This document shows, in pieces, positions 1-7,777 of a stretch of 16,594 bases of DNA (positions are counted from its first letter, which is position 1; each line of letters begins with the position of its first letter). The notes under the pieces are model-generated. The model was given only the letters and a program-made list of their open reading frames with translations, was not told the origin of the DNA and did no database searches. The position numbers and the translations under genes were made by a program. Source of the stretch: Candidatus Tenderia sp. (GTDB lineage Bacteria; Pseudomonadota; Gammaproteobacteria; Tenderiales; Tenderiaceae); the NCBI GenBank assembly GCA_031416075.1, contig JANOSY010000001.1, positions 1-16,594 of the forward strand, written 5' to 3'.

Positions 1-1650
1 GTTGAAGAGTTCATCGGCCGACCAGTCATCACCGGAATCGGCAGTGATAATCTTTGCAAAACCGACAGAGTTGTAGCGCTTTACTGTTTTGCTCATCATT
101 TTAAAACGGATTTCGAGTCGTCTCTCGATCTTCTCCATCTGACTTTTATGTTTTGAGTATTCTGAGGTATTGATGAGTGCCGCCATTTTTGTATTGCAGT
201 TCAGGGCGATAGTGCTGAGTTTTTTAATCCATATTAAGTCATTGATGGCCTTGTCGAGTAACTCGATCATAGTGTTGTAATAGTTGCATCTATCTTCACG
301 GCTATCTTTGTCGAGAAGTGATGAGAGGGTCTGCCAGGCGGATTGGATAAGTGGCTCATCGATGATAAGCGCATCGGGATGGATGTATTCCACACCTTCA
401 ATTTTTGCGGCAGTAATAGCCAGATTGATTATCTTGCAATTATGCTTACTGGCCGCCACGGCCTGCCTTGATATAACCTTGATTGCCTCGTAATAGCCCT
501 TGTTGGTCTCCGCCTCGATGCCCGCGTTTGTGGTCACTGTGTAGTCGATTCGGCCTAACATCGGTCCGGCGGCGTATTCAACAGTGCCCTGGGCGTGGGT
601 ATGGCCAGCGGCGCTGTAGCATAGATCCACGCCGGTGAGGACTATTTGCGAGCAGCCAAACTCCTGAGCGAGCAGAATGGCATTATTAGTGACGGTGGGC
701 GGTATGGTTTCGATGTTATCAAAATCATCATCGTCCCACGGCAGACGCGGACCGAGGAACAGATTCTGATGTGGCCATTGGCCGAGTAACAGCGGTGTGG
801 TGTGGCAGCCATTGATGAAGATGGTTCTGTTGCCGAGGTTGAGCATCTCCTTGCTGACCGAGAAACTGACAAATTGTGGATCAATGGAAACGATGATATC
901 GGGTTCGATCCCGGCCTGTAGCAGTCGTGCAGAGATTCTGGATACCGCAATCAAGACTGCGTCGTTGCGGTGTTGCTTGATCCAGGGGATCAGTTCATCA
1001 AGCGATGGTCCGGCGCCCAGAATAATCGCGCATTTTCCTTTGAAGCTACCGCGCAGATGGGCTGAGGGGACGCGATTTTCTGCCAAATTGGCCAGTTGAC
1101 TGTTAAAAAATATGTGACTGTCAAACTGGGCGGTGAAGAGCCAGAAGAGATGGCGTAGCTCTCGGTTAACCGCTTGGGTCAGCGCCGGGTAGGCTCGATG
1201 AGCGGCCTGTTGTGCTGCACACGACCTGACGTAACTGATCTTGCCGGAGTAGGTGTAGTTGAGCAGGGCCAGTTCATGGGCGCATTCGACCCAATGGGTT
1301 GCACTGCTGATGGCAATCCTGGTGGCCAGTTCGGTAGAAATAAATTTACTGTCGATGTGGGGGGCAATCTCACCCGGCTCTATAAATAGATAGCGACTAC
1401 CACGTGGCAGACCACGGTCAATAATAAACTGGGGTAACAGACCGGAATCGCTGCCTACCACAACGTAGAGGGTGTTCTCCTGAAACAGGGCGTCGCCAAA
1501 ACGTCTTTGGAATTCAATGGTAGCATTGGTGGATTCAAAAGTTGTGCCTACAAAATCCTCGATGTAACAATCACCAAAACGGTTTTCTGTGGTCAGCAAG
1601 GGGCTTATGCGTGCTGTATTGGTGTTTGATCCTGGAGACTGTGTGGTCAT
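1..1650 (-). CDS. maf: Maf (motility-associated factor) / DUF115 family putative flagellin glycosyltransferase, 3'-partial (runs off window edge)
   Basis: Manual translation from ATG at 1650 (AAGGA RBS 10 nt upstream) gives 550 open codons to position 1: MTTQSPGSNT...ENTLYVVVGSDSGLL...FKGKCAIILGAGPSLDELIPWI...AGIEPDIIVSIDP...TVTNNAILLAQEFGCSQIVLTGVDLCYS. GAGPSL, PDxxVSxDP and GxDLxY are Maf/DUF115 hallmarks, and the gene lies next to flagellin. Confidence 0.88.
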   Translation of the reverse strand, partial: MTTQSPGSNTNTARISPLLTTENRFGDCYIEDFVGTTFESTNATIEFQRRFGDALFQENTLYVVVGSDSGLLPQFIIDRGLPRGSRYLFIEPGEIAPHIDSKFISTELATRIAISSATHWVECAHELALLNYTYSGKISYVRSCAAQQAAHRAYPALTQAVNRELRHLFWLFTAQFDSHIFFNSQLANLAENRVPSAHLRGSFKGKCAIILGAGPSLDELIPWIKQHRNDAVLIAVSRISARLLQAGIEPDIIVSIDPQFVSFSVSKEMLNLGNRTIFINGCHTTPLLLGQWPHQNLFLGPRLPWDDDDFDNIETIPPTVTNNAILLAQEFGCSQIVLTGVDLCYSAAGHTHAQGTVEYAAGPMLGRIDYTVTTNAGIEAETNKGYYEAIKVISRQAVAASKHNCKIINLAITAAKIEGVEYIHPDALIIDEPLIQSAWQTLSSLLDKDSREDRCNYYNTMIELLDKAINDLIWIKKLSTIALNCNTKMAALINTSEYSKHKSQMEKIERRLEIRFKMMSKTVKRYNSVGFAKIITADSGDDWSADELFN

Positions 1651-1684
1651 TGACTGGCGGTCCTTTCGCAATTTGCTTCGATGA

Positions 1685-1700
1685 TGCAGGTTTGGTGCCA
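1685..1700 (-). promoter_or_regulatory. sigma54 (-24/-12) promoter for maf
   Basis: Minus strand reads TGGCAC-CAAAC-CTGCA (GG-N10-GC), 35 nt upstream of the maf ATG. Confidence 0.7.
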
Positions 1701-1739
1701 TCGAGTTATGGCTGAGTACCTCTGAAAAGCTGCATTTGA

Positions 1740-1768
1740 CTAAAGTTAGCTGTTCAAGGGGCCGATAG
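1740..1768 (+). promoter_or_regulatory. sigma28 (FliA) promoter for fliC
   Basis: cTAAAG (1740-1745) and GCCGATAG (1761-1768). The TAAA-N16 spacing is one nt longer than the canonical TAAA-N15-GCCGATAA. It sits about 115 nt upstream of flagellin. Confidence 0.75.
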
Positions 1769-1833
1769 ATTCTACGGGAGCGGTAAATATTTCTACTTAA
1801 GAAGTATATCCGCTGAAAGTGAGTGGGCTGATG

Positions 1834-1849
1834 TGACACAACTTTGACA
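1834..1849. promoter_or_regulatory. FleQ-box-like site (candidate enhancer for the maf sigma54 promoter)
   Basis: TGACAcaacTTTGACA; the core reverse complement GTCAAAGTTGTGTC resembles the FleQ consensus GTCA-N6-TGAC. The same TGACA-N4-TTTGACA pattern occurs at 6126-6141. Confidence 0.4.
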
Positions 1850-1881
1850 CATCGCCCTGAAGTATCGTAGGAGTAGTCATC

Positions 1882-2703
1882 ATGGCACAAGTTGTAAACA
1901 CCAATATCATGTCTCTTAATGCGCAGCGTAACCTGAATAGTACCAATTCAGCGATGCAAACTGCGTTACAGCGTCTCTCTTCTGGTATGCGAATCAACAG
2001 CGCCAAGGATGATGCTGCAGGTTTGGCAATTTCGGAACGTTTTACCTCGCAGATCCGTGGTTTGAACCAAGCCTCTCGTAACGCGGCTGACGGCATTTCT
2101 CTGGCACAGACTGCTGAAGGCGCCATGCAGGAGATGTCCACTAACGTACAGCGTATCCGCGAGCTGGCGGTTCAGTCTGCCAATGCCTCAAACAGTACTT
2201 CTGACCGCACAGCGTTGAACATCGAAGTCACGCAGTTAAAAGCGGAAATTGCGCGTGTCGCCGGCACCAAGTTCAATGGCAAGGCTATCATCGGCGCTAG
2301 CGCCACCACCTTTAACTTCCAGATTGGTGCTAACACGGGCGATACCATCGGTATTACCACTACCAACCTTTCAACCGTTTCCACCAGAGTTGCAATGTCA
2401 AATCTAGGCATTAGCTCGGCGGCATCGGCTGCCTCTATGATTACAAAGGCAGATGCTTTTCTGAACACCTTGAACTTAGAGCGTGCTAAATTGGGTGCGG
2501 TACAGAATCGTTTTGACTCTGTAATCCGTAATGTGGAAAACTCGTCAGAGAATACTTCAGCTGCGCGTAGTCGTATTATGGATGCTGACTTTGCAACTGA
2601 AACTGCTGCACTAACCCGTTCACAGATCCTGCAACAAGCCGGTGTGGCGATGTTGAGCCAGGCAAACTCGGTTCCACAGAACGTATTGAGTCTTCTGAGA
2701 TAA
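1882..2703 (+). CDS. fliC: Flagellin (short, 273 aa)
   Basis: N-terminus [18 protein letters not shown]...[22 protein letters not shown]; [12 protein letters not shown]; C-terminus [34 protein letters not shown]...VLSLLR; AGGAG RBS. Confidence 0.99.
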   Translation: MAQVVNTNIMSLNAQRNLNSTNSAMQTALQRLSSGMRINSAKDDAAGLAISERFTSQIRGLNQASRNAADGISLAQTAEGAMQEMSTNVQRIRELAVQSANASNSTSDRTALNIEVTQLKAEIARVAGTKFNGKAIIGASATTFNFQIGANTGDTIGITTTNLSTVSTRVAMSNLGISSAASAASMITKADAFLNTLNLERAKLGAVQNRFDSVIRNVENSSENTSAARSRIMDADFATETAALTRSQILQQAGVAMLSQANSVPQNVLSLLR

Positions 2704-2724
2704 GGTATCACTAAGGGCTAACGA

Positions 2725-2759
2725 TCAACCTAGCCTCTGGTTCATGGAGGTTAGGTTGA
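2725..2759 (+). terminator. Stem-loop after fliC (mRNA stabiliser or leaky terminator)
   Basis: TCAACCTAGCCTCT-ggttcat-GGAGGTTAGGTTGA forms a 14-bp stem with two G-U pairs. There is no U-tract. Confidence 0.55.
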
Positions 2760-2784
2760 CTCCATCGATCGGAGGCGATTGATC

Positions 2785-3180
2785 ATGGTAAGCGAATTAA
2801 CAGGGGCCTCAATTTCCAGACAATTGGTTGCTACTACGGCCTTGAATCCAGGCATTAGTGAAGTTATATCGTTACCGCAGGGAAGTTCTAAAAGCACAGC
2901 GGTTGCCGTAGATGGCAAGGGTGTGCCGGTGTCCCAGCAATCTGGTTCGAATGTCTCTTCAGATGATGTTATGGAAGCGGTGCATAAAATGCGGGATCAC
3001 ATGCAGGTGATTGATCGTGATCTCCATTTCAGTATTGATGAAGATAGTGGTGTTACCGTTGTGAAGGTGATTGATCCTGAGACAAAAGAGGTTGTGCGTC
3101 AGATCCCAACTGAGGATGTGATGAGAGTCGTGCGTTCGCTTGAAAAGGGAGGCGGTTTGCTCTCCGATGTTACTGCCTGA
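2785..3180 (+). CDS. flaG: Flagellar protein FlaG
   Basis: C-terminal FlaG signature RDLHFSIDEDSGVTVVKVIDPETKEVVRQIPTEDV; located between fliC and fliD. ATG 2785 chosen because GGAGG lies at 2771-2775. Confidence 0.95.
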   Translation: MVSELTGASISRQLVATTALNPGISEVISLPQGSSKSTAVAVDGKGVPVSQQSGSNVSSDDVMEAVHKMRDHMQVIDRDLHFSIDEDSGVTVVKVIDPETKEVVRQIPTEDVMRVVRSLEKGGGLLSDVTA

Positions 3181-3185
3181 GCTGA

Positions 3186-3201
3186 TGGCATGAAAACTGC
3201 T
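3186..3201 (+). promoter_or_regulatory. sigma54 promoter for fliD(-fliS-fliT)
   Basis: TGGCAT-GAAAA-CTGCT (GG-N10-GC) in the flaG-fliD gap, 35 nt before the fliD ATG. Confidence 0.7.
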
Positions 3202-3235
3202 GTTTGTTCTGCATGGTTTTTGAATGAGGTGAGTT

Positions 3236-4588
3236 ATGGCGTCACTAACAGCAAGTGGTATTGGTTCTGGCCTGGATGTGAACGGTATTGTCTCTCAGCT
3301 CATGAGTTTGGAGCGACGTCCTCTTGATAATCTTAATGCGCTTGGTACCAAACTTACCTCCCAGTTAAGTGCCTACGGTCAGCTTAAAAGCGGCCTTGCC
3401 ACTTTTCAGTCCGCCATGAAGGGGCTGAGCAGCGCTGATAAATTTCAAGTATTTTCTGCTGCCACCACCAATGCAGATGTATTCACGGCAACCGCCGATA
3501 AAACAGCTGCCGTTGCCAAGCATTCGATAGAAGTAATCTCTCTTGCGCAGGCCCATAAACTGACATCGGGCAAGTCAGGATCACCCAGTTATGCCAATGC
3601 ATCTACCTCTATTGGCACGGCCGGTGTTCTGGAGATTACTCAGGATGCGGGCGGTACGCCTAGAACCTTCCAAATCTCCATTGATGGTAGTAATGGTACG
3701 CTGGGCGGAATCAGAGATGCTATTAATAGTGCCACTACCAACACTGGTGTGCGTGCCTCAGTAGTCAACACCGGAACGGAGAGTAAGCTGGTTCTTAGCT
3801 CTAATGATACTGGCCTATCTAATGCAATTACTATTGGTGAAAATACAGCCGCAAGTGTCTCGACAGCCCTTGGCTTTGAAACGTTAGCAGGTAACTCTGC
3901 GGCCAATGCAAGTGTGAAAATAGATGGTGTCACCATTGCCAGTTCAAGCAATGTGATTAGCACGGCCTTACAAGGCGTGGCCCTGACGTTGAAAAAAACC
4001 GGAGCTGTGGGGACGCTGGATGTGGCTCGCGATACTACGGCTGTTAAGGGTTCTGTGCAGAAATTTGTTGATGCCTATAACGACATGCGTAAGGTGATAA
4101 AAACACTGGGCGGCAATGACTCTACCCTTGAGGGTGAGTCTGTTCTTAAAGGCATAGACCGAAAAATACAGAGTATATTTAATACCAGTGCTGTTGGTTT
4201 GACTAACAGCCATGTCTCCGAGATTGGCGTAAAAACAGATCCAAAGACGGGCGATATATCCCTGGACAGTGCTAAACTTGATACTGCCTTGGCCGCTAAC
4301 TATTCTGCAGTGGCAGAGCTTTTTTCCCACAGTACGCAGGGATTTGCAGTACGTTTTGAGACGACCGCCAGAGATATGGTCTCCACGACAGGGTTGATTG
4401 AGTCGCGTAAAGAGGGCCTTAATTCGCGCATTACAGATATAGGTAAACGCCGGTCAAGTTTTGAGTATCGGCTTACACAAAAAGAAAGCATGTTCAGAGC
4501 GCAGTTCACTTTATTGGATGGCCTTATTTCAAAACTTCAGGCGACTGGAAGTTCATTGACGCAGCAGTTGGCCAGTTTGCCTCGTTAG
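3236..4588 (+). CDS. fliD: Flagellar filament cap protein
   Basis: MASLTASGIGSGLDVNGIVSQLMSLERRPL N-terminus, VISLAQAHKL, VQKFVDAYND and C-terminal RAQFTLLDGLISKLQ; 450 aa; GAGG RBS. Confidence 0.97.
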   Translation: MASLTASGIGSGLDVNGIVSQLMSLERRPLDNLNALGTKLTSQLSAYGQLKSGLATFQSAMKGLSSADKFQVFSAATTNADVFTATADKTAAVAKHSIEVISLAQAHKLTSGKSGSPSYANASTSIGTAGVLEITQDAGGTPRTFQISIDGSNGTLGGIRDAINSATTNTGVRASVVNTGTESKLVLSSNDTGLSNAITIGENTAASVSTALGFETLAGNSAANASVKIDGVTIASSSNVISTALQGVALTLKKTGAVGTLDVARDTTAVKGSVQKFVDAYNDMRKVIKTLGGNDSTLEGESVLKGIDRKIQSIFNTSAVGLTNSHVSEIGVKTDPKTGDISLDSAKLDTALAANYSAVAELFSHSTQGFAVRFETTARDMVSTTGLIESRKEGLNSRITDIGKRRSSFEYRLTQKESMFRAQFTLLDGLISKLQATGSSLTQQLASLPR

Positions 4589-4653
4589 AAGTTTGTGGAT
4601 TTTTGCTTTTATTAGGTTCTCACTTGCCCGCTGCACGGATTTTGGAGAGATGT

Positions 4654-5082
4654 ATGAGTTATTCACAGAGTATGAAGGGTGCATCACAATACAAGCAGGT
4701 TGGCGCTCAGACGGGTGTTGAATCAGCGAGCCCACATCGTCTTATTCAGATGCTGCTTGAAGGTGCACTTGAGAAGATAAATTTGGCAAATGGTTATATG
4801 CAGAGAGGCGAGATTGCTCTAAAGGGAACCCACATTTCCTGGGCTATTTCAATTATTGACGGTTTGAGAATGAGTCTGGATAAGGAGTCCGGTGGTGAAA
4901 TAGCTGATAATCTTGATGCCTTATATGATTATATGGGAAGACGTTTGGTCGAGGCTAATTTAAAGAGTGATCCGGTTATTTTAAAAGAGGTAACAGGATT
5001 GCTGTTGGAAATTAAATATGCATGGGATGCAATACCAGGAATCATCAATCAACAAAACTCTTTGGCACTTCCAATTTCTTGA
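4654..5082 (+). CDS. fliS: Flagellin export chaperone FliS
   Basis: ASPHRLIQMLLEGALEKI, LDKESGGEIADNLDALYDYM, LLEIKYAWDAI. Start moved to ATG 4654 (GGAGA at 4644-4648). Confidence 0.96.
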   Translation: MSYSQSMKGASQYKQVGAQTGVESASPHRLIQMLLEGALEKINLANGYMQRGEIALKGTHISWAISIIDGLRMSLDKESGGEIADNLDALYDYMGRRLVEANLKSDPVILKEVTGLLLEIKYAWDAIPGIINQQNSLALPIS

Positions 5083-5114
5083 TGTTTAATGTTTTTTTTA
5101 ATATAAAATAAAAA

Positions 5115-5453
5115 ATGGATCCTTATCTTAAATTAAGATGTTTATTGAAAGAGATAGTAGAATTGAGTTGCCATATGGTTTCTGCGGCAAAAAATGGACA
5201 ATGGAATGTGGTTGTGGAGCTTGAATATCAGAGGAGTCCACATCTTTTGTTATTGGAAAACTACTTTAATTCAATAGATGAATACGTAGAAATAAGCAAT
5301 TTTTTTCGTGAAACAGCAACTTTTATTATTAATTCTGATCAGGAGATAGAGCGATTGGCAGAGTTGCATAAGATGAATATTATTCAAGAGTATAATGATC
5401 TGGATACTTCGCGCAAGGCTGTTAACGCCTACCTTGATAACGTCTCTCTATAG
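5115..5453 (+). CDS. fliT: Flagellar protein FliT-like (FliD chaperone)
   Basis: 112-aa helical ORF directly after fliS, with MxxAAxxGxWxxVxxLExxR near the N-terminus and a KAVNAY C-terminus, both typical of FliT. Confidence 0.8.
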   Translation: MDPYLKLRCLLKEIVELSCHMVSAAKNGQWNVVVELEYQRSPHLLLLENYFNSIDEYVEISNFFRETATFIINSDQEIERLAELHKMNIIQEYNDLDTSRKAVNAYLDNVSL

Positions 5454-5513
5454 TACTGTTTTGGCGAGTAATCACTGTTATTGTGTTGTCTATTATTGAT
5501 TAGGGAGAATCGG

Positions 5514-6074
5514 GTGGAAAATACAACAGTGGGTGGTCTGTTTTGCGATCTGATTGTTCCTCTTGGTTGGTTTCAGCGGAGTGCTTTAAGTGAAGATGGT
5601 TGCTCATCCAGACATAAGGAGAACTTTAATCGTCTTCAAATTGTTCTTGGGATGGATGATCACTATTCCCGTGATATTCATGAGGAGGAGTCTGGGCTGA
5701 CTGCTGAAATTCAGCGGCTTGATTTTAAAATTAACATTGTATTAGGTTTAGTCGCACAGCTTGTTACAGCCAGATCAGAGTTTCCCACGTCGGTGTCACT
5801 CTCTTTGGGGGTAGGGACGTTGAATTTTGAGATGGAAAGGAATGTGTTGTCATCCGGGATGGCGCTGACATTTGAGCTATTCCTTGATGTCCGTTATCCA
5901 ATGCCACTGATTTTTAATGGTCGGATTGAATCGATTGAGAGTAAAACTGATAAAATCTCTATAATTAAGGTGGTCCTGGAGGTTTTTCCTGATGAATTTA
6001 AGGAATTACTGGAAAAATATATTTTTCGTTGCCATCGTCGTCATGTTGCTAGGCTTAAAAAAAGTAATATTTGA
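5514..6074 (+). CDS. Atypical (tetrameric, tPilZ-like) PilZ-domain protein, putative c-di-GMP receptor
   Basis: EIQRLDFKINIVLGLVAQL helical segment, a beta-rich core (LTFELFLDVRYPMPLIFNGRI) and C-terminal LEKYIFRCHRRHVA. This resembles the Xanthomonas flagellar-cluster tPilZ family. GTG 5514 follows a GGGAG RBS. Confidence 0.72.
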   Translation: MENTTVGGLFCDLIVPLGWFQRSALSEDGCSSRHKENFNRLQIVLGMDDHYSRDIHEEESGLTAEIQRLDFKINIVLGLVAQLVTARSEFPTSVSLSLGVGTLNFEMERNVLSSGMALTFELFLDVRYPMPLIFNGRIESIESKTDKISIIKVVLEVFPDEFKELLEKYIFRCHRRHVARLKKSNI

Positions 6075-6125
6075 GCTGCACTTTTTATAAAACTTTGTAT
6101 ATATAGTTAAATCCCCTTGCTCTAA

Positions 6126-6163
6126 TGACATTTTTTTGACATTATTGATGGGGTATCTATGTT
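6126..6163 (+). promoter_or_regulatory. sigma70 promoter of fleQ with overlapping FleQ-box-like site
   Basis: Perfect TTGACA (6136-6141), N16, then TATGTT (6158-6163). GACATTTTTTTGAC (6127-6140; reverse complement GTCAAAAAAATGTC) overlaps the -35. Confidence 0.55.
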
Positions 6164-6222
6164 ATTAAAATACCAGCGTTTTTTAATGTATCCAGTCTGT
6201 GTTTTTGAGGAGGATATTCAAA

Positions 6223-7701
6223 GTGCCTACGCGTGATTCGGCAGTTTTGCTGATAGATGATAATGACTCCCGGCGTCATGAGCTTCAGTCCATTCTTGAG
6301 TTTATCGATGTGCCAAAAGTATGGGCCTCAAATTGCAGTGCATGGGAGCAGGTTATCACCAGCATTGACCAGCCGCTTCAGGCCGTTATGTTGGGTGAGT
6401 GTTCTTCCCCCGAACTGTTAGATGGGTTATTACGAGCGCTCAAAAAAAAGGATCCCATTGTTCCTATCCTGCTGTTTCGTGAGTGTTCGGATCAGGGGGG
6501 TTATTCTGACCAAGTTGCCAGAGAAGCGATTGGCTACCTTGAGCATCCTATAAAATATAAACAGATGATTAACGGTATGCAGCAGGCGCAAATTTACCGC
6601 GAAAATCGTGAAATTACTCAGTCGGGAACAGGGCGTGGCTCTTCACCTGAACTATTTCGCAGTTTAGTGGGTAATAGCCGCAGTATTCGTCAGGTACGGA
6701 AATTAATTGAGCAGGTTGCCATCTCGGATGCCAATGTACTGATATTGGGTGAGTCAGGAACAGGTAAGGAGGTTGTTGCGCGCAACCTGCATTACTACTC
6801 AACTCGCCGTGCAAAACCTTTTGTACCAATTAACTGTGGCGCCATACCAGCAGATTTACTGGAAAGTGAGCTGTTTGGTCATGAAAAGGGAGCCTTTACG
6901 GGGGCGATCAGCACGCGACAAGGGCGTTTTGAACTGGCTGAAGGTGGCACGTTATTCCTGGATGAGATTGGTGATATGAGTCTGCATATGCAAGTAAAAC
7001 TCTTGCGTGTATTGCAGGAGAGAACTTTTGAGCGTGTAGGTAGTAATAAAAGTATCACCAGTAATGTTCGTATAGTGGCGGCGACACATCGTGATTTGGA
7101 GCAAGCTATTGCTGATGGTCGGTTCCGCGAGGATTTGTACTATCGACTCAATGTTTTTCCGATAGAAATGCCCCCTCTGCGTGAGCGTATTGAGGATATC
7201 CCATTACTTGTCAGTGAATTGATTACTCGCCTCGAGCATGATGCACGTGGTTCTGTGCGGTTAACGCAGGGCACGATGATGGGTTTATGCCGTTACAGTT
7301 GGCCTGGTAATGTTCGTGAATTGGCAAATCTGGTTGAGCGTTTAGTGATTATGTTCCCTCAGGGTGTGGTGGATTTCCAAGATTTGCCAGCCAAGTTTCG
7401 GGAGCTTACTGATGAGCTGTCAATTGATTCTGGTGCAATTGAGCTTCCTATGATGTCATCTATTGTGACAAGAGAAATGCCATCGCTGGATCCACTGGCT
7501 GACAGCATGCCACGGTTGCCCTCTGATGGTTTGGATTTGAAAGAGTATCTTGCCAACCTGGAGCGTCATTTTATTCAGCAGGCGCTGGATGATGCTGATG
7601 GCATAGTAGCCCATGCGGCTAACCGATTGAGATTACGACGTACAACTCTGGTTGAAAAGATGCGTAAATATGGCATGCAAAGGATTGAGGAGATGATGTG
7701 A
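6223..7701 (+). CDS. fleQ: sigma54-dependent flagellar master regulator FleQ/FlrA
   Basis: Degenerate REC-like FleQ domain (LLIDDNDSRRHELQSILEF), ELFRSLVG, Walker A GESGTGKE, GAFTGA, Walker B LFLDEIG and HTH RRTTLVEKMRKYG. GTG 6223 follows GAGGAGGA. Confidence 0.96.
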   Translation: MPTRDSAVLLIDDNDSRRHELQSILEFIDVPKVWASNCSAWEQVITSIDQPLQAVMLGECSSPELLDGLLRALKKKDPIVPILLFRECSDQGGYSDQVAREAIGYLEHPIKYKQMINGMQQAQIYRENREITQSGTGRGSSPELFRSLVGNSRSIRQVRKLIEQVAISDANVLILGESGTGKEVVARNLHYYSTRRAKPFVPINCGAIPADLLESELFGHEKGAFTGAISTRQGRFELAEGGTLFLDEIGDMSLHMQVKLLRVLQERTFERVGSNKSITSNVRIVAATHRDLEQAIADGRFREDLYYRLNVFPIEMPPLRERIEDIPLLVSELITRLEHDARGSVRLTQGTMMGLCRYSWPGNVRELANLVERLVIMFPQGVVDFQDLPAKFRELTDELSIDSGAIELPMMSSIVTREMPSLDPLADSMPRLPSDGLDLKEYLANLERHFIQQALDDADGIVAHAANRLRLRRTTLVEKMRKYGMQRIEEMM

Positions 7702-7729
7702 TTTTGACGTTTGTTTTAACGCTCAGTTT

Positions 7730-7742
7730 CAACCTATTGAAA
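7730..7742 (-). promoter_or_regulatory. IHF-like binding site upstream of the fleS promoter
   Basis: Minus strand TTTCAA-TAGG-TTG versus the consensus WATCAA-N4-TTR, about 20 nt upstream of the -24 element. Confidence 0.45.
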
Positions 7743-7761
7743 AGCATGAAATATAAATGAT

Positions 7762-7777
7762 TGGCCCGTAATTTGCT
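7762..7777 (+). promoter_or_regulatory. sigma54 promoter for fleSR(-fliE-J)
   Basis: TGGCCC-GTAAT-TTGCT is a near-consensus -24/-12 element. Confidence 0.8.

Noticed and set aside
284-1389. Short ORFs 284-493, 642-950, 797-1099, 1174-1389 and 1179-1373
   Set aside because: All are shadow or alternate frames of the continuous minus-strand maf gene and carry no recognisable motifs.
1779-1860. Possible c-di-GMP-I (GEMM) riboswitch in the fliC leader (GAAAGTGAGTGGG)
   Set aside because: The GCAAAC and GACGCAAAG consensus segments and the second stem are missing. Kept only as a generic structured leader; an Rfam scan would settle it.
1797-2711. Long antisense ORFs (114 aa and 179 aa) opposite fliC
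   Set aside because: They are codon-register mirror frames of a biased, highly expressed gene, with no RBS or domain signal.
3365-4735. Antisense ORFs over fliD/fliS
   Set aside because: They overlap well-supported genes and show no independent coding evidence.
5063-5078. TGGCAC at the end of fliS as a sigma54 promoter for fliT
   Set aside because: The -24 element is perfect, but there is no GC at the -12 position (reads ATTTC).
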